Below are positions 1 to 9,264 of a DNA stretch of 64,000 nt, piece by piece. Origin of the DNA: an uncultured virus (IMG/VR IMGVR_UViG_3300030095_006218) (lineage: Duplodnaviria; Heunggongvirae; Uroviricota; Caudoviricetes); the IMG/VR virus record IMGVR_UViG_3300030095_006218; one strand, 5' to 3'. Position numbers and translations under genes: made by a program. Position 1 is the stretch's first letter. Each line of letters begins with the position of its first letter. The notes below the pieces were generated by a model. It was not told the origin of the DNA. It searched no databases and saw nothing but the letters and a program-made list of their open reading frames with translations.

Positions 1-395
1 TTATCTGGATCCATCTGATTATGCTCTGGGTACATACATGCGGAAGAAGAGTAGAAAATCTTTCTTACACCTTTTTTAGCAGATTCGTGGGCAATATTTA
101 AGTTAATAAGCGCTGAATTGTGCATGATATCAGCATCGTTATCACCTGTAAAAACAAAACCAGCGCCGCCCATATCTGCAGCTAGTTGGTAAATCTCATC
201 CATTTCCTCATCAACTGCTGCTGCTACAACTGTCGGGTCTCTAAGATCTCCGACAATAAATTCGTCAGCATGAGAGGTACAAAATTCATGATTCTTTAAA
301 TCCACACCGCGGACCCAATATCCCTCTTTTTTTAATCTCTTAACTAAATGGCCCCCAATAAAACCACCTGCTCCGCACACCAATGCTTTTTTCAT
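1..395 (-). CDS. NAD-dependent sugar epimerase, GDP-mannose 3,5-epimerase-like (3' end runs off window)
   Basis: Not in ORF track; own translation from ATG at 395: MKKALVCGAGGFIGGHLVKRL...YQLAADMGGAGF...YSSSACMYPE. Confidence 0.85.
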   Translation of the reverse strand, partial: MKKALVCGAGGFIGGHLVKRLKKEGYWVRGVDLKNHEFCTSHADEFIVGDLRDPTVVAAAVDEEMDEIYQLAADMGGAGFVFTGDNDADIMHNSALINLNIAHESAKKGVRKIFYSSSACMYPEHNQMDPD

Positions 396-398
396 TAT

Positions 399-764
399 CT
401 AATCTCCTTTTAAAATTCTATGGCTGTCGCTATCAAAATGTTGTGTCGAAAATTCAAACAATTCAGAGTCTTGTAAGGCGACCATTTGGTGCCTCAATCC
501 CCGGTAAACATGAAAGTTTTCACCGGGATTTAATATTAATTGTTTTGCATTTGTTATGTCATCTTCGTTAGAATAGTATATCATCATTTTGCCAGATTGT
601 AAATAAAAGACTTCATCTTTTAATATGTGATAGTGCCACGAACAACGTTTACCGTTATTAAAAAATAATAACTTTCCACAATATTCTTCATTATTAACAA
701 TCCAGCGTTCCCAGCCCCAACCTTTGTCGACGTGTTTCATTGTTAAATTTATACTATTGCTCAC
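399..764 (-). CDS. Cupin-fold sugar isomerase-like protein
   Basis: KGWGWE, SWHYHxxKDEVF, HQM cupin metal motifs. Confidence 0.75.
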   Translation of the reverse strand: MSNSINLTMKHVDKGWGWERWIVNNEEYCGKLLFFNNGKRCSWHYHILKDEVFYLQSGKMMIYYSNEDDITNAKQLILNPGENFHVYRGLRHQMVALQDSELFEFSTQHFDSDSHRILKGD

Positions 765-1117
765 TTTCTAGCACTCTCCATTGTTGTGAAAAAATCGACG
801 TCGCGCATGGCCTTATCATCAATGTATACATCGCCATCGGGCTTTCCCAAAAATAAAGAATGATATTTAATACCCCAAGAGTCAAGTTGTTGTTTGGTTA
901 AATCAAAAAATACTTTATATGCATAGGCAGAAGAATTATCACTTCGGCCCATACCCCTTGCTGTTTGAAATATTATCTTATTCCCCTCATCATATAAATT
1001 ATTTATGAGTGTTATCCTATCCATGAAGGGTTCTGCCTTATCATAATCTGGAAGATCTGTACCTTCTATTAAAGGGGATGTGCATATTGTCTCGTCTATA
1101 TCAAATACGTATGTCAT
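761..1117 (-). CDS. HAD-family phosphatase (capsule-biosynthesis type)
   Basis: FDIDETI, TARG, GKP..YIDDK. Confidence 0.8.
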   Translation of the reverse strand: MTYVFDIDETICTSPLIEGTDLPDYDKAEPFMDRITLINNLYDEGNKIIFQTARGMGRSDNSSAYAYKVFFDLTKQQLDSWGIKYHSLFLGKPDGDVYIDDKAMRDVDFFTTMESARK

Positions 1118-1123
1118 GTTCCT

Positions 1124-2074
1124 TCACCATATAAATTTTTCTTTGTAATAATTAACAATTTTGTCTACCTCTTCATCAAACTTTTTTTGTGGGCGCCAAC
1201 CGATTGATTTTAACTTGCTATCATCTAAAGCATATCGTACATCCTGACCTTCCCTGCGAGCATTGAGGTTTACATATTGCTCCCAGTCATCTACCGAACC
1301 ATAATATGATTTAATTATTTTCTTTACAGTATCAACGTTTGTTTGTTCGAACCCGCCTGAGACATTATATATCTCATTTATTTTTCCCGCTTCTATAATG
1401 CTCATTACGGCTGTCGCAGTATCTTCTGCATGTAGCCAATTTCTAATCGGTGTGCCGGCATTGTGCAAGCGTATCTTCTTTCCTCGAACCAAGTTTTTAA
1501 CAGAAAGAGGAATTAATTTTTCGGGAAACTGCCCTATTCCATAATTGTTTGTTGGGCGCAGTATTATGTAATCAATGTTATATGTTCTGGCCCATGCATG
1601 TATCAGCATATCGGCAGATGCTTTGGCAGCAGAATACGGATTACTGGGCTTTAAAAGATCCTGTTCTGTATGCGCACCGGAATCGATATCACCATATACC
1701 TCATCTGTACTGATATGAAAAAAGACTGGACGATCATTGCAATTTATTGGCTTAAACCTAATCAAGTCTAGTAAATTTTTTACTCCAACAACATTGCTGG
1801 AGATAAAGTCATCGCTATTAACTATACTATTACCAACGTGTGACTCAGCAGCAAAGTTAATTACATAATCGCAGTCGTGCAAGAATTTTAGATTTTTAAT
1901 GTCTCTACGTTCAAACGTAAAATTTGGATATTTGTTAAATTCTTCTAGAAGTTCCAAGTTCGCCGCATATGTGACCTTATCAACACCACGGACTAACCAC
2001 CCTTTTTTTAGTGCTAACCTAGTTGCATGGGCGCCCATGAAACCTAAACATCCAGTAATATATACTATCTTCAT
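1124..2074 (-). CDS. rfbB: dTDP-glucose 4,6-dehydratase-like
   Basis: TGCLGFMG, NFAAESHV, ISTDEVYG, YSAAK, NNYG..QFPEKLIP; start placed at MKIVYITG. Confidence 0.85.
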   Translation of the reverse strand: MKIVYITGCLGFMGAHATRLALKKGWLVRGVDKVTYAANLELLEEFNKYPNFTFERRDIKNLKFLHDCDYVINFAAESHVGNSIVNSDDFISSNVVGVKNLLDLIRFKPINCNDRPVFFHISTDEVYGDIDSGAHTEQDLLKPSNPYSAAKASADMLIHAWARTYNIDYIILRPTNNYGIGQFPEKLIPLSVKNLVRGKKIRLHNAGTPIRNWLHAEDTATAVMSIIEAGKINEIYNVSGGFEQTNVDTVKKIIKSYYGSVDDWEQYVNLNARREGQDVRYALDDSKLKSIGWRPQKKFDEEVDKIVNYYKEKFIW

Positions 2075-2075
2075 A

Positions 2076-3416
2076 TCATACCTTGTTTTCAAAAAATTTA
2101 TCAACTACTTTCTTAATATACTGAATTTTATCTTCTGTTATACCAGCATAGGTACCTAATAGAAAGGAGTTGGTTGTTACCAGACGCGCATTGGGAAATG
2201 TTTTAGACATATCGCCATAGGGAGCGGCCATGTGAATATATCCCGGGTGTGCTAAAATATTACCAGAAAAATATGAACGCGTTTGTATTTTTGCACCTTC
2301 AAGGTGTTCGACTATATCAAATCGAGTAAATGGTGCGTCATCTTTAATCGTCAACAAAAAAGCAAACCAGCATGGATCTGAATTTTCTGTTGCTTCAGGC
2401 ATATGAAAATATCTCTCGTACGGCTCAAATATAGCTTTTAGCTTGCTCCAATTCTCACGTCGAGCATAATCAAGCTCTGGTAGTTTTCCTATTTGCTGTA
2501 GACCCATAGCCGCCTGTAGGTCAATTGGCTTTAGGTTGTATCCTATTTCATCAAACACATATCTGTGATCATAAACTGCATCTGGCATACCGGGAAGCCA
2601 GTTTTTAAATCTCATCCCACATGCAGTGCCACATGTCACGTTGCCGGGCTTGATAGAATTACAGTAACATGCTCGACCCCAATCGCGCATGCTGGCTAAT
2701 ATTGTTCTTGTCTTCTGGCTATCTGTCGCAACAAACCCCCCTTCTCCCATAGTCATATGGTGAGCCGGGTAGAAAGAGCATGTTGACATCTCTCCATATG
2801 AACCTAGTCGCTTTCCATCATAGTATGATCCCAATGCATCGCATGCATCTTCTAAGAAGACTAAATCATACTTGTCAACAAGCGCCATCAAACGATTCAT
2901 GTCCGGTGGATTTCCCAATACATGCGCAAACATTATGCCGCGGATATCCGAATCGTTTTGTAATATCTCTTCAACTTTATCTAAGTCCAAATTTAAACTC
3001 GGAAGTTCTACATCAACAAATACTGGCACTAGATTGTGTTGTAAAAGCGGATTGATAGTTGTTGGAAAACACACTATTGGTGTAATAATTTTATCGCCGT
3101 CTTTTAATTGTTTAGAAAACCTTCGCGACTTTGCTGCGGCGACCATTAACAAGTTCGCAGAACTGCCTGAATTTGTTAGTGTGCCATATTTTTTGCCAAG
3201 ATGCTGAGAAAACTCTAGCTCAAACTGACGGCCTTTTTTGCCAAAAATTAGCCAGCCGTCCAATATACTTTCTACTACAGCTGTAGTTTCTTTTTCATCA
3301 AACACTGGGCCTGAATAGGAGACCCAATCTTCTCCCGGATCCCACGTTTCCCTTTGGTGTTTATCGTGAATATACTCTTCTACCAAATGTAGAATTTCAT
3401 TCAATTTTTCGTCCAT
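2076..3416 (-). CDS. rfbH: CDP-4-keto-6-deoxyglucose 3-dehydratase (RfbH/DdhC, PMP + [2Fe-2S])
   Basis: NSGSSANLL, EDACDALGS, SFYPAHHMTMGEGG (His in place of the Schiff-base Lys), RDWGRACYC Cys cluster. Confidence 0.88.
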   Translation of the reverse strand: MDEKLNEILHLVEEYIHDKHQRETWDPGEDWVSYSGPVFDEKETTAVVESILDGWLIFGKKGRQFELEFSQHLGKKYGTLTNSGSSANLLMVAAAKSRRFSKQLKDGDKIITPIVCFPTTINPLLQHNLVPVFVDVELPSLNLDLDKVEEILQNDSDIRGIMFAHVLGNPPDMNRLMALVDKYDLVFLEDACDALGSYYDGKRLGSYGEMSTCSFYPAHHMTMGEGGFVATDSQKTRTILASMRDWGRACYCNSIKPGNVTCGTACGMRFKNWLPGMPDAVYDHRYVFDEIGYNLKPIDLQAAMGLQQIGKLPELDYARRENWSKLKAIFEPYERYFHMPEATENSDPCWFAFLLTIKDDAPFTRFDIVEHLEGAKIQTRSYFSGNILAHPGYIHMAAPYGDMSKTFPNARLVTTNSFLLGTYAGITEDKIQYIKKVVDKFFENKV

Positions 3417-3482
3417 GTATTCCTCTACTTACATTATAATAATAACACATTTATGTTATTGCGTTAATCAATATGTTTTATT

Positions 3483-3809
3483 TTAAATCGTAAACGATTC
3501 TCCGCAGCTGCATGATCTTTTAGCAGACGGATTATTAAATTCAAAGCCAGAATTCATTAATGTACTGACATAATCCATTTCGGTTCCATTCAAAAATAAG
3601 TAAGATTTTTTATCAATACAAATTTTAACACTATCAAACTCAAACACTCTGTCTTTTTCATCAGGTTTGGTTATTAAATCATAAAAATATGAAAACCCAG
3701 AGCAGCCTCCCGACTTTACTCCAATTCTCAAATATGCATCTGGTGTTTGTCTTTTTCTTTTGATGCTGATTATTCTATTTTTAGCATTTTCAGTCAGAGT
3801 TATTGGCAT
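3483..3809 (-). CDS. iscA: A-type Fe-S carrier (IscA/HesB family)
   Basis: GGCSGFSY and CSCGESF; start placed at MPITLTE. Confidence 0.92.
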   Translation of the reverse strand: MPITLTENAKNRIISIKRKRQTPDAYLRIGVKSGGCSGFSYFYDLITKPDEKDRVFEFDSVKICIDKKSYLFLNGTEMDYVSTLMNSGFEFNNPSAKRSCSCGESFTI

Positions 3810-4187
3810 TAGATTTTTTTCTCCAGTCGCCAATGGCTGCTTTGATAGCGTCTTCCGCTAACACCGAGCAGTGAATTTTCACCGGTGGAAGCGACAACTC
3901 TTTAGCAATCTCAGCATTAGAGATCGCAAGGGCAACGTCGACACTTTGACCCTTTACCATAGTAGTGATAAGCGAACTGGATGCGATGGCTGAACNNNNN
4001 NNNNNAAAGTCTTAAACTTGGCATCCTCGATGATACCACTGTCGTTGATCCTCAGTTGTAACTTCATTACATCACCACATGCTGGCGCGCCGACCATGCC
4101 GGTTCCCACATCCGGGTCGTTCCGGTCGAGGCTACCCACATTGCGTGGGTTTTCCAAGTGATCAATAACTTTATCGGAATAAGACAT
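3790..4187 (-). CDS. iscU: Fe-S scaffold IscU (spans N gap 3996-4005)
   Basis: MSYSDKVIDHLENPRNVG, APACGDVM, KFKT; after the gap another frame reads SAIASSS...LSLPPVKIHCSVLAEDAIKAAI to TGA at 3790. Confidence 0.92.
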
Positions 4188-4191
4188 TTTA

Positions 4192-4536
4192 CTACCCTCT
4201 ATTAGTGTTAGAATCACAACTTTGCTGTTGTGCGAACGAAGCTCCACAGCCACATGTATTTGTTGCTCGCTTGTTATCAAATTTAAACCCAGATGAGGCC
4301 ATGGTTTCAACATAGTCCACCTCGGTGTCTGCCAAAACAAAAGCGCTTTTCGAATCTATACAGATTTTAAGATTTTCATATTCTACCAAAGTATCATCCT
4401 CATCAGACTGTTCCTCAACACTCATAAAATAAGACAGCCCAGAACAGCCACCACTTTTTACGCCTATCCTGACGACATCTGTAGGCCCTACAGATTCAGT
4501 AAGTTGCTTAATTGCTGCATCTGTAAGACTAACCAT
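4192..4536 (-). CDS. iscA: Second A-type Fe-S carrier (IscA/ErpA family)
   Basis: GGCSGLSY and TCGCGASF. Confidence 0.9.
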   Translation of the reverse strand: MVSLTDAAIKQLTESVGPTDVVRIGVKSGGCSGLSYFMSVEEQSDEDDTLVEYENLKICIDSKSAFVLADTEVDYVETMASSGFKFDNKRATNTCGCGASFAQQQSCDSNTNRG

Positions 4537-4537
4537 A

Positions 4538-5905
4538 TTATGAGCCTCTCGTTGAATCCTCGATTGGGTCGAATGGCTTGACCTTCTTACCCTTTAAGGT
4601 AATTAGGGGAGCATTTTCCCAAGTCTTATTCTCTTTACCGCAGCCGGATTCGGGATCAACATCACCCATATTACCTTTATCTAAAAAGTCATCAGACGTA
4701 AGTACGCGATCATATCTAACTGGTACTTCTGCATCACCGTAAGACTCTGCAATTACATTTTCAATAAATCCTTTGTCCACTCCGCAAATACAGGGCATAT
4801 TTTTTCTAGGATCAAACCACTTAATATTCAAGCCGCGGCCTATAATATCAGCTAAAGGCTCTTCAAAAAAGTTGCCCAAAGAGACATGTTGATAAGGACA
4901 GGGCATGACATCGCCATATCTAGAAATTGGTACCATTCGTTTAACTGCGATACAACCAATATCCCGTCCATATGATGGTGTCATGTGAGTAAAGATATCA
5001 TACTCTTCTTCGAATTGTTGTAATATTTTACCCTCTTTTTCCGTCATCATTTGATCGGTTACGCCCTCGTACGCGCCAACTGGCTTTGCATATACAACGT
5101 ATGTGCCGACCTCTTTAGACTTGGCATAATCTAAGAACTTTCTCCACTCTTCAGTATAAATCCTGTCTTTCCAAATAACAGTTGATAAAATAACGTGTAG
5201 ATCTGCTTCTTTGCATGCATCGATGGCGCGCATTACACGATCGAACGAGCCGGGGGCTCGGCGGAATGTGTCATGACTTTCTGCATCTGCACCATCAAGA
5301 CTTAATTGAACTTTGTCAATTCCAATTGATTTGAGATGTTTTGCACGTTTTGTATCCAGATGCCATCCATTTGAATCAGTAACTAGGTAGAATTTTTCTG
5401 GATCGATTGCTTCGACAAGCTGGTCAAATTCTTTAAGGAGCAGTGGTTCACCGCCAGTGATAACAAAGTTTGCTAAGCCCATTTCATGCGCTTCCTTTGA
5501 TAGCCTTCGAACATCTTCTAATTCAAATTTTCGACGGCCAGATGCCTTTTCCCAAGATTTTGGAACATAAAACTTATCAATGCAGCAATGCTCACAATCA
5601 AAATTGCATAAATAATCGTACTGGAATTGAATAATCGCGATACTTTCTCCGCTGGCTAGCTTTTCAGGATATCGCATCATCTTTTCATAAACCAGTGGTT
5701 TGTGAGATTGTAGCCAATTCTGTCTAAGACTTTCATCTTTGACGGTAGTGTGTTGCATTACCTTACCCTCTGCCATCTCCTTTAATTGTTCTGGTGTTTT
5801 ATTTTCAATCATTTGTCGCAGTTCTTCATCAGAATACGGCATTTCATGATCGTGCTTGTTGCCTTCTAATGGAGTCTGAAACATTACATCGTGCGAATTC
5901 GCCAT
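4538..5905 (-). CDS. Radical SAM protein with SPASM/twitch-like C-terminus
   Basis: CNFDCEHC, TGGEP, SLDG...HD..R, C..GDVMPCP. Confidence 0.88.
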   Translation of the reverse strand: MANSHDVMFQTPLEGNKHDHEMPYSDEELRQMIENKTPEQLKEMAEGKVMQHTTVKDESLRQNWLQSHKPLVYEKMMRYPEKLASGESIAIIQFQYDYLCNFDCEHCCIDKFYVPKSWEKASGRRKFELEDVRRLSKEAHEMGLANFVITGGEPLLLKEFDQLVEAIDPEKFYLVTDSNGWHLDTKRAKHLKSIGIDKVQLSLDGADAESHDTFRRAPGSFDRVMRAIDACKEADLHVILSTVIWKDRIYTEEWRKFLDYAKSKEVGTYVVYAKPVGAYEGVTDQMMTEKEGKILQQFEEEYDIFTHMTPSYGRDIGCIAVKRMVPISRYGDVMPCPYQHVSLGNFFEEPLADIIGRGLNIKWFDPRKNMPCICGVDKGFIENVIAESYGDAEVPVRYDRVLTSDDFLDKGNMGDVDPESGCGKENKTWENAPLITLKGKKVKPFDPIEDSTRGS

Positions 5906-6343
5906 TTATTGTTTCTCCTGTTTTTTCTGTTTTAAGCGCTCTTGCTTTAGAATATATAGTTCGTCTTCGGTTGTTTTTTCTACGGAGTATCGATGATTTT
6001 TTGATATATTATCATCATTTCTAACTCCGCCGCGATAACTATGGCTCGATACATCTGGTTCGTGTCCTTCGTCGACATCTATTTCAACATTAAGTGCAGA
6101 AACAAACCACACTTTTCCCGTCTGATCCATCACTCTATACTGCGGCTTTATCCTACCTCGAATGTCATCAATTATTACCTTACTTCCTTTTTCAAGTACT
6201 ACTGATGTGCCGTTTTTCCCTGTATGTACTTCGTCCTCTAATATTGTTCCGACTTGTTTAATGACCTTTTTCCATCTTTTGGAGTGGTGTTTGTGCCATT
6301 CTTCCCCGGTCACGTTCGATGTAAATTCTCTTTTCTTTGACAT
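5906..6343 (-). CDS. Hypothetical protein
   Basis: 145-aa ORF abutting both neighbours. Confidence 0.6.
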   Translation of the reverse strand: MSKKREFTSNVTGEEWHKHHSKRWKKVIKQVGTILEDEVHTGKNGTSVVLEKGSKVIIDDIRGRIKPQYRVMDQTGKVWFVSALNVEIDVDEGHEPDVSSHSYRGGVRNDDNISKNHRYSVEKTTEDELYILKQERLKQKKQEKQ

Positions 6344-6345
6344 TT

Positions 6346-7476
6346 CTACCCTCTTTGTACGATTTCCAATCCGAAATCTCTCAATATAGCCATATCTATA
6401 TCGTTATTAAAATTGCTTTTTATTTTATTTGCCACTTCATCCGAATAACTAGCAGCCATAACTATGATAGCATCAATTGCATCGGTTTTTAAGCACTCAT
6501 TTGAAACTATTGGCAAATGTGTAGCCGGTGTATATTTTCCTTGCTTAAAAGTGGCGTCATCAATCACACATTTTATACTATCAGATATTTGCGTTAGAGA
6601 AATGACCGCCAAGGATTGGTGACCAGCGCCATATATAACTATCTTGCCGGGATCATATTTGCTTATATAATTTTGTATTTCTTTTTGTATTCTAGTTTGA
6701 TGTTCTTGGAAACTCGACAAATTAACCTTTTTTCTTTTTCGCACAACCACAGAAATTATATAATTATGCCACACTTCATCACATTGAATGACTTCGAATC
6801 CATTTCTCTCTAAAGTTAGCTTTAGTGTATCTTTGGTAAAGTAGAACAAGTGATCATTTATAAACTCTGAAAATAGATTATTCTCTAATATCATATCAAA
6901 ATTTGGCACTTCTATGATTCCAATTCCATCATCTTTTAAATTTGAATGCAATGATTGTAGTGTTGCATTGGGATCGGGCAAGTGTTCAAAAAAGTTCATT
7001 ATAAAAAAACAATCGAAGGGGCCATACGGAAGTTGATCTGACTTGTCCTCTATATAAAATTTTGACACTTGTAGACCGTTTTCTTTACAGTGCTTTACGG
7101 AATCATCAGCGTATTCTATTCCATATGCATCCGTGCCAGTATCTTTCATTAGCGACAAGAATTCGCCTTTGCCACAACCTATTTCAATAACTTTTTTATT
7201 TTGTAAAGAATAGGCATGAACAAAATCTCTAAACTGCTCAAGACGAAATGACCTCATGTCTTCCGAAAAAGCTGCCGCTCTGATGACTTCTTTATAGTAG
7301 TCAACGGGCTTATTACTCAATTGCACTAAGCCGCATGCCAAGCACTGACATACCTGTAAATCTTCGCCGCTTTCATCGCATACCTGTTCAATGGTTGGAA
7401 AATTTTGCGCTGCTTTTGGCATATTTTTATATTCTAAAAGTGTCTCAAGTGGCGAGTTACATACTCTACAATTCAT
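6346..7476 (-). CDS. NDP-sugar C-methyltransferase-like
   Basis: N-terminal CRVC...CLACGLVQL Zn site, EIGCGKG SAM motif, FEHLPDP, IEVPN, YGAG..KQGKYTP. Confidence 0.85.
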   Translation of the reverse strand: MNCRVCNSPLETLLEYKNMPKAAQNFPTIEQVCDESGEDLQVCQCLACGLVQLSNKPVDYYKEVIRAAAFSEDMRSFRLEQFRDFVHAYSLQNKKVIEIGCGKGEFLSLMKDTGTDAYGIEYADDSVKHCKENGLQVSKFYIEDKSDQLPYGPFDCFFIMNFFEHLPDPNATLQSLHSNLKDDGIGIIEVPNFDMILENNLFSEFINDHLFYFTKDTLKLTLERNGFEVIQCDEVWHNYIISVVVRKRKKVNLSSFQEHQTRIQKEIQNYISKYDPGKIVIYGAGHQSLAVISLTQISDSIKCVIDDATFKQGKYTPATHLPIVSNECLKTDAIDAIIVMAASYSDEVANKIKSNFNNDIDMAILRDFGLEIVQRG

Positions 7477-8543
7477 ACTTCATATCCATAATATTTTAAT
7501 GTCTTTTTTATTCCGTCTGCCAAGGAATGTTTTGGAGACCAGCCAAGTGATTTTATTTTTGTTATATCGAAACAACTTCTGTCAATACTTCCACGTCGGA
7601 CTGTTTTGTTTGTTTTTGAAGTGCTATATGAAATCTGTGAGTTGTACTTTGTAGCGACTTTTAATATTTCGCCAACAAGTTCGGATATAGTAGTCTCAGT
7701 TTCAATACCGACATTGTACGGTTGACCGGGTGCACCTAAAAGGAGCACTGTAAAGAATGCAGCCGTGGCATCTGAGATATAACAAAAAGATCTAGTTTTC
7801 CTGTCGCCGTCGACAACGTGGATTGGTTCGTTATTCAATGCACTTGAAATAAAATTTGAAAAGGCGCGGCCATCGCTAAGAGGCATTCTTCCGCCATATA
7901 TGTAAGAGGGTCTTACAATTGTTATGGGTATATTATATTGACTGGCCCATGAAGCACAAATATTTTCAGCCATCTTTTTGCTCTGATTGTAACATGATTT
8001 TATCTCTATGGGGTCAATGTATCCATAGTCGGTTTCTTTTGCTGGAATTGAAGATGCCTTAATTCGGCCCAAGACACCGCCGGTACTAAAAAATAAAAAC
8101 CCTTTTGAATTGCAGCGTTGTGCCAACTTTAAAAGATTTATTGTACCAACTATATTAGCATTCAAGGTTCCCACCGGATCAACTTCATAATATTTCGGAC
8201 TAGCTTGACTAGCTGCATGTATAATATAATCAACTTTGAGGTTGTTGTCAATGGGTTCACACACATCTTGAAAAATAAATCCTAAATCTTTTCGCCCCTG
8301 ATGGTGTGCAAAGTATTGCAAACTCTTTTCTTTATTTCTGACTAGTGCGATGACCTTAATATTTTTGTTATGTACATCGTTGAGATATAGTAAAGTCTCC
8401 AGCANNNNNNNNNNTGAGGGCAGGTGGCCGTTAGCGCCCGAAATTAAAACTGTAGAGTTGTCTAAATTGTGCCATGGCAGATTGTGCTCGACAATATACT
8501 TTAAATCTTGTTTCATCATTTTCTTTCTGCTTTCACTGTCCAT
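7473..8543 (-). CDS. NAD-dependent epimerase/dehydratase (spans N gap 8405-8414)
   Basis: ISGANG, HAASQASP, YNQSK, RSFCYISD. Confidence 0.85.
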   Translation of the reverse strand: MDSESRKKMMKQDLKYIVEHNLPWHNLDNSTVLISGANGHLPSXXXXLETLLYLNDVHNKNIKVIALVRNKEKSLQYFAHHQGRKDLGFIFQDVCEPIDNNLKVDYIIHAASQASPKYYEVDPVGTLNANIVGTINLLKLAQRCNSKGFLFFSTGGVLGRIKASSIPAKETDYGYIDPIEIKSCYNQSKKMAENICASWASQYNIPITIVRPSYIYGGRMPLSDGRAFSNFISSALNNEPIHVVDGDRKTRSFCYISDATAAFFTVLLLGAPGQPYNVGIETETTISELVGEILKVATKYNSQISYSTSKTNKTVRRGSIDRSCFDITKIKSLGWSPKHSLADGIKKTLKYYGYEV

Positions 8544-9264
8544 ATGAATATCCAAAAGTTTCAAAATCTTTGTTAAATACGCGCTCGACAACCTTAATCA
8601 AGTTTGGATTGTAATACTCCTTGTAAGGTTTTCGGTCAGGGGTAGGATCTACCGCCTTGGGTAGTGTAAGTCCATCGGCAACGGAGAGGTCTGGTGTCAT
8701 TTTCGAAATCGGCATAGATGCTCTCACAGTCTCTTTTACATCATAGCGGACCAGTGCATCACTCAAGTGTTCCGCCGGAGTACCATCGTATTCCACCTTT
8801 ATCCATCCAAGCTTGGGTACATAATCGGTAAGAAAATATGTTTTACCAACAAATTGTTGGCGCTCTGGCCCTTGCGGTATTTTTAATACTTGACATAGGG
8901 TGTTGAAGTCTTGTTGCAAGTTTTCAAACCTCATCACATAATCCATCTCGGGGCCCATGATGTCGGACTGTATTGCTGTTTTTGGCTCATAGTGTAGCAG
9001 CCTTGGGTTTGCGACAAACTCATCAAAAGTGACGTTGCGCACCTCTTCCCGATTGGGTAAATAATAGATAGACGGCAACCAGTCAAAGGGATTTCGAGCT
9101 ATGGAAAATTTAAAATAACTATCCCAATATTCTGCATATTTTTCTTTTGCCTCTTTCCAGTCCATGTGCATGCGAATTTTTACACCTGTGAGTGCTAGTT
9201 CTATAGCCGTTCCTCCGGTTCTCGGTATGTGAATAAATATATATTTGTTTTTATGACATATCAT
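8533..9264 (-). CDS. Sulfotransferase family 2-like protein
   Basis: FIHIPRTGGT, RNPFD..S.Y, RFENLQQDF, DFETFGY. Confidence 0.75.
   Translation of the reverse strand: MICHKNKYIFIHIPRTGGTAIELALTGVKIRMHMDWKEAKEKYAEYWDSYFKFSIARNPFDWLPSIYYLPNREEVRNVTFDEFVANPRLLHYEPKTAIQSDIMGPEMDYVMRFENLQQDFNTLCQVLKIPQGPERQQFVGKTYFLTDYVPKLGWIKVEYDGTPAEHLSDALVRYDVKETVRASMPISKMTPDLSVADGLTLPKAVDPTPDRKPYKEYYNPNLIKVVERVFNKDFETFGYSYGQ

Noticed and set aside
3954..4340. ORF-track 128-aa protein and apparent IscU frameshift
   Set aside because: The frame change coincides with a 10-N scaffold gap, and the N-terminal extension overlaps the second iscA; IscU is probably intact.
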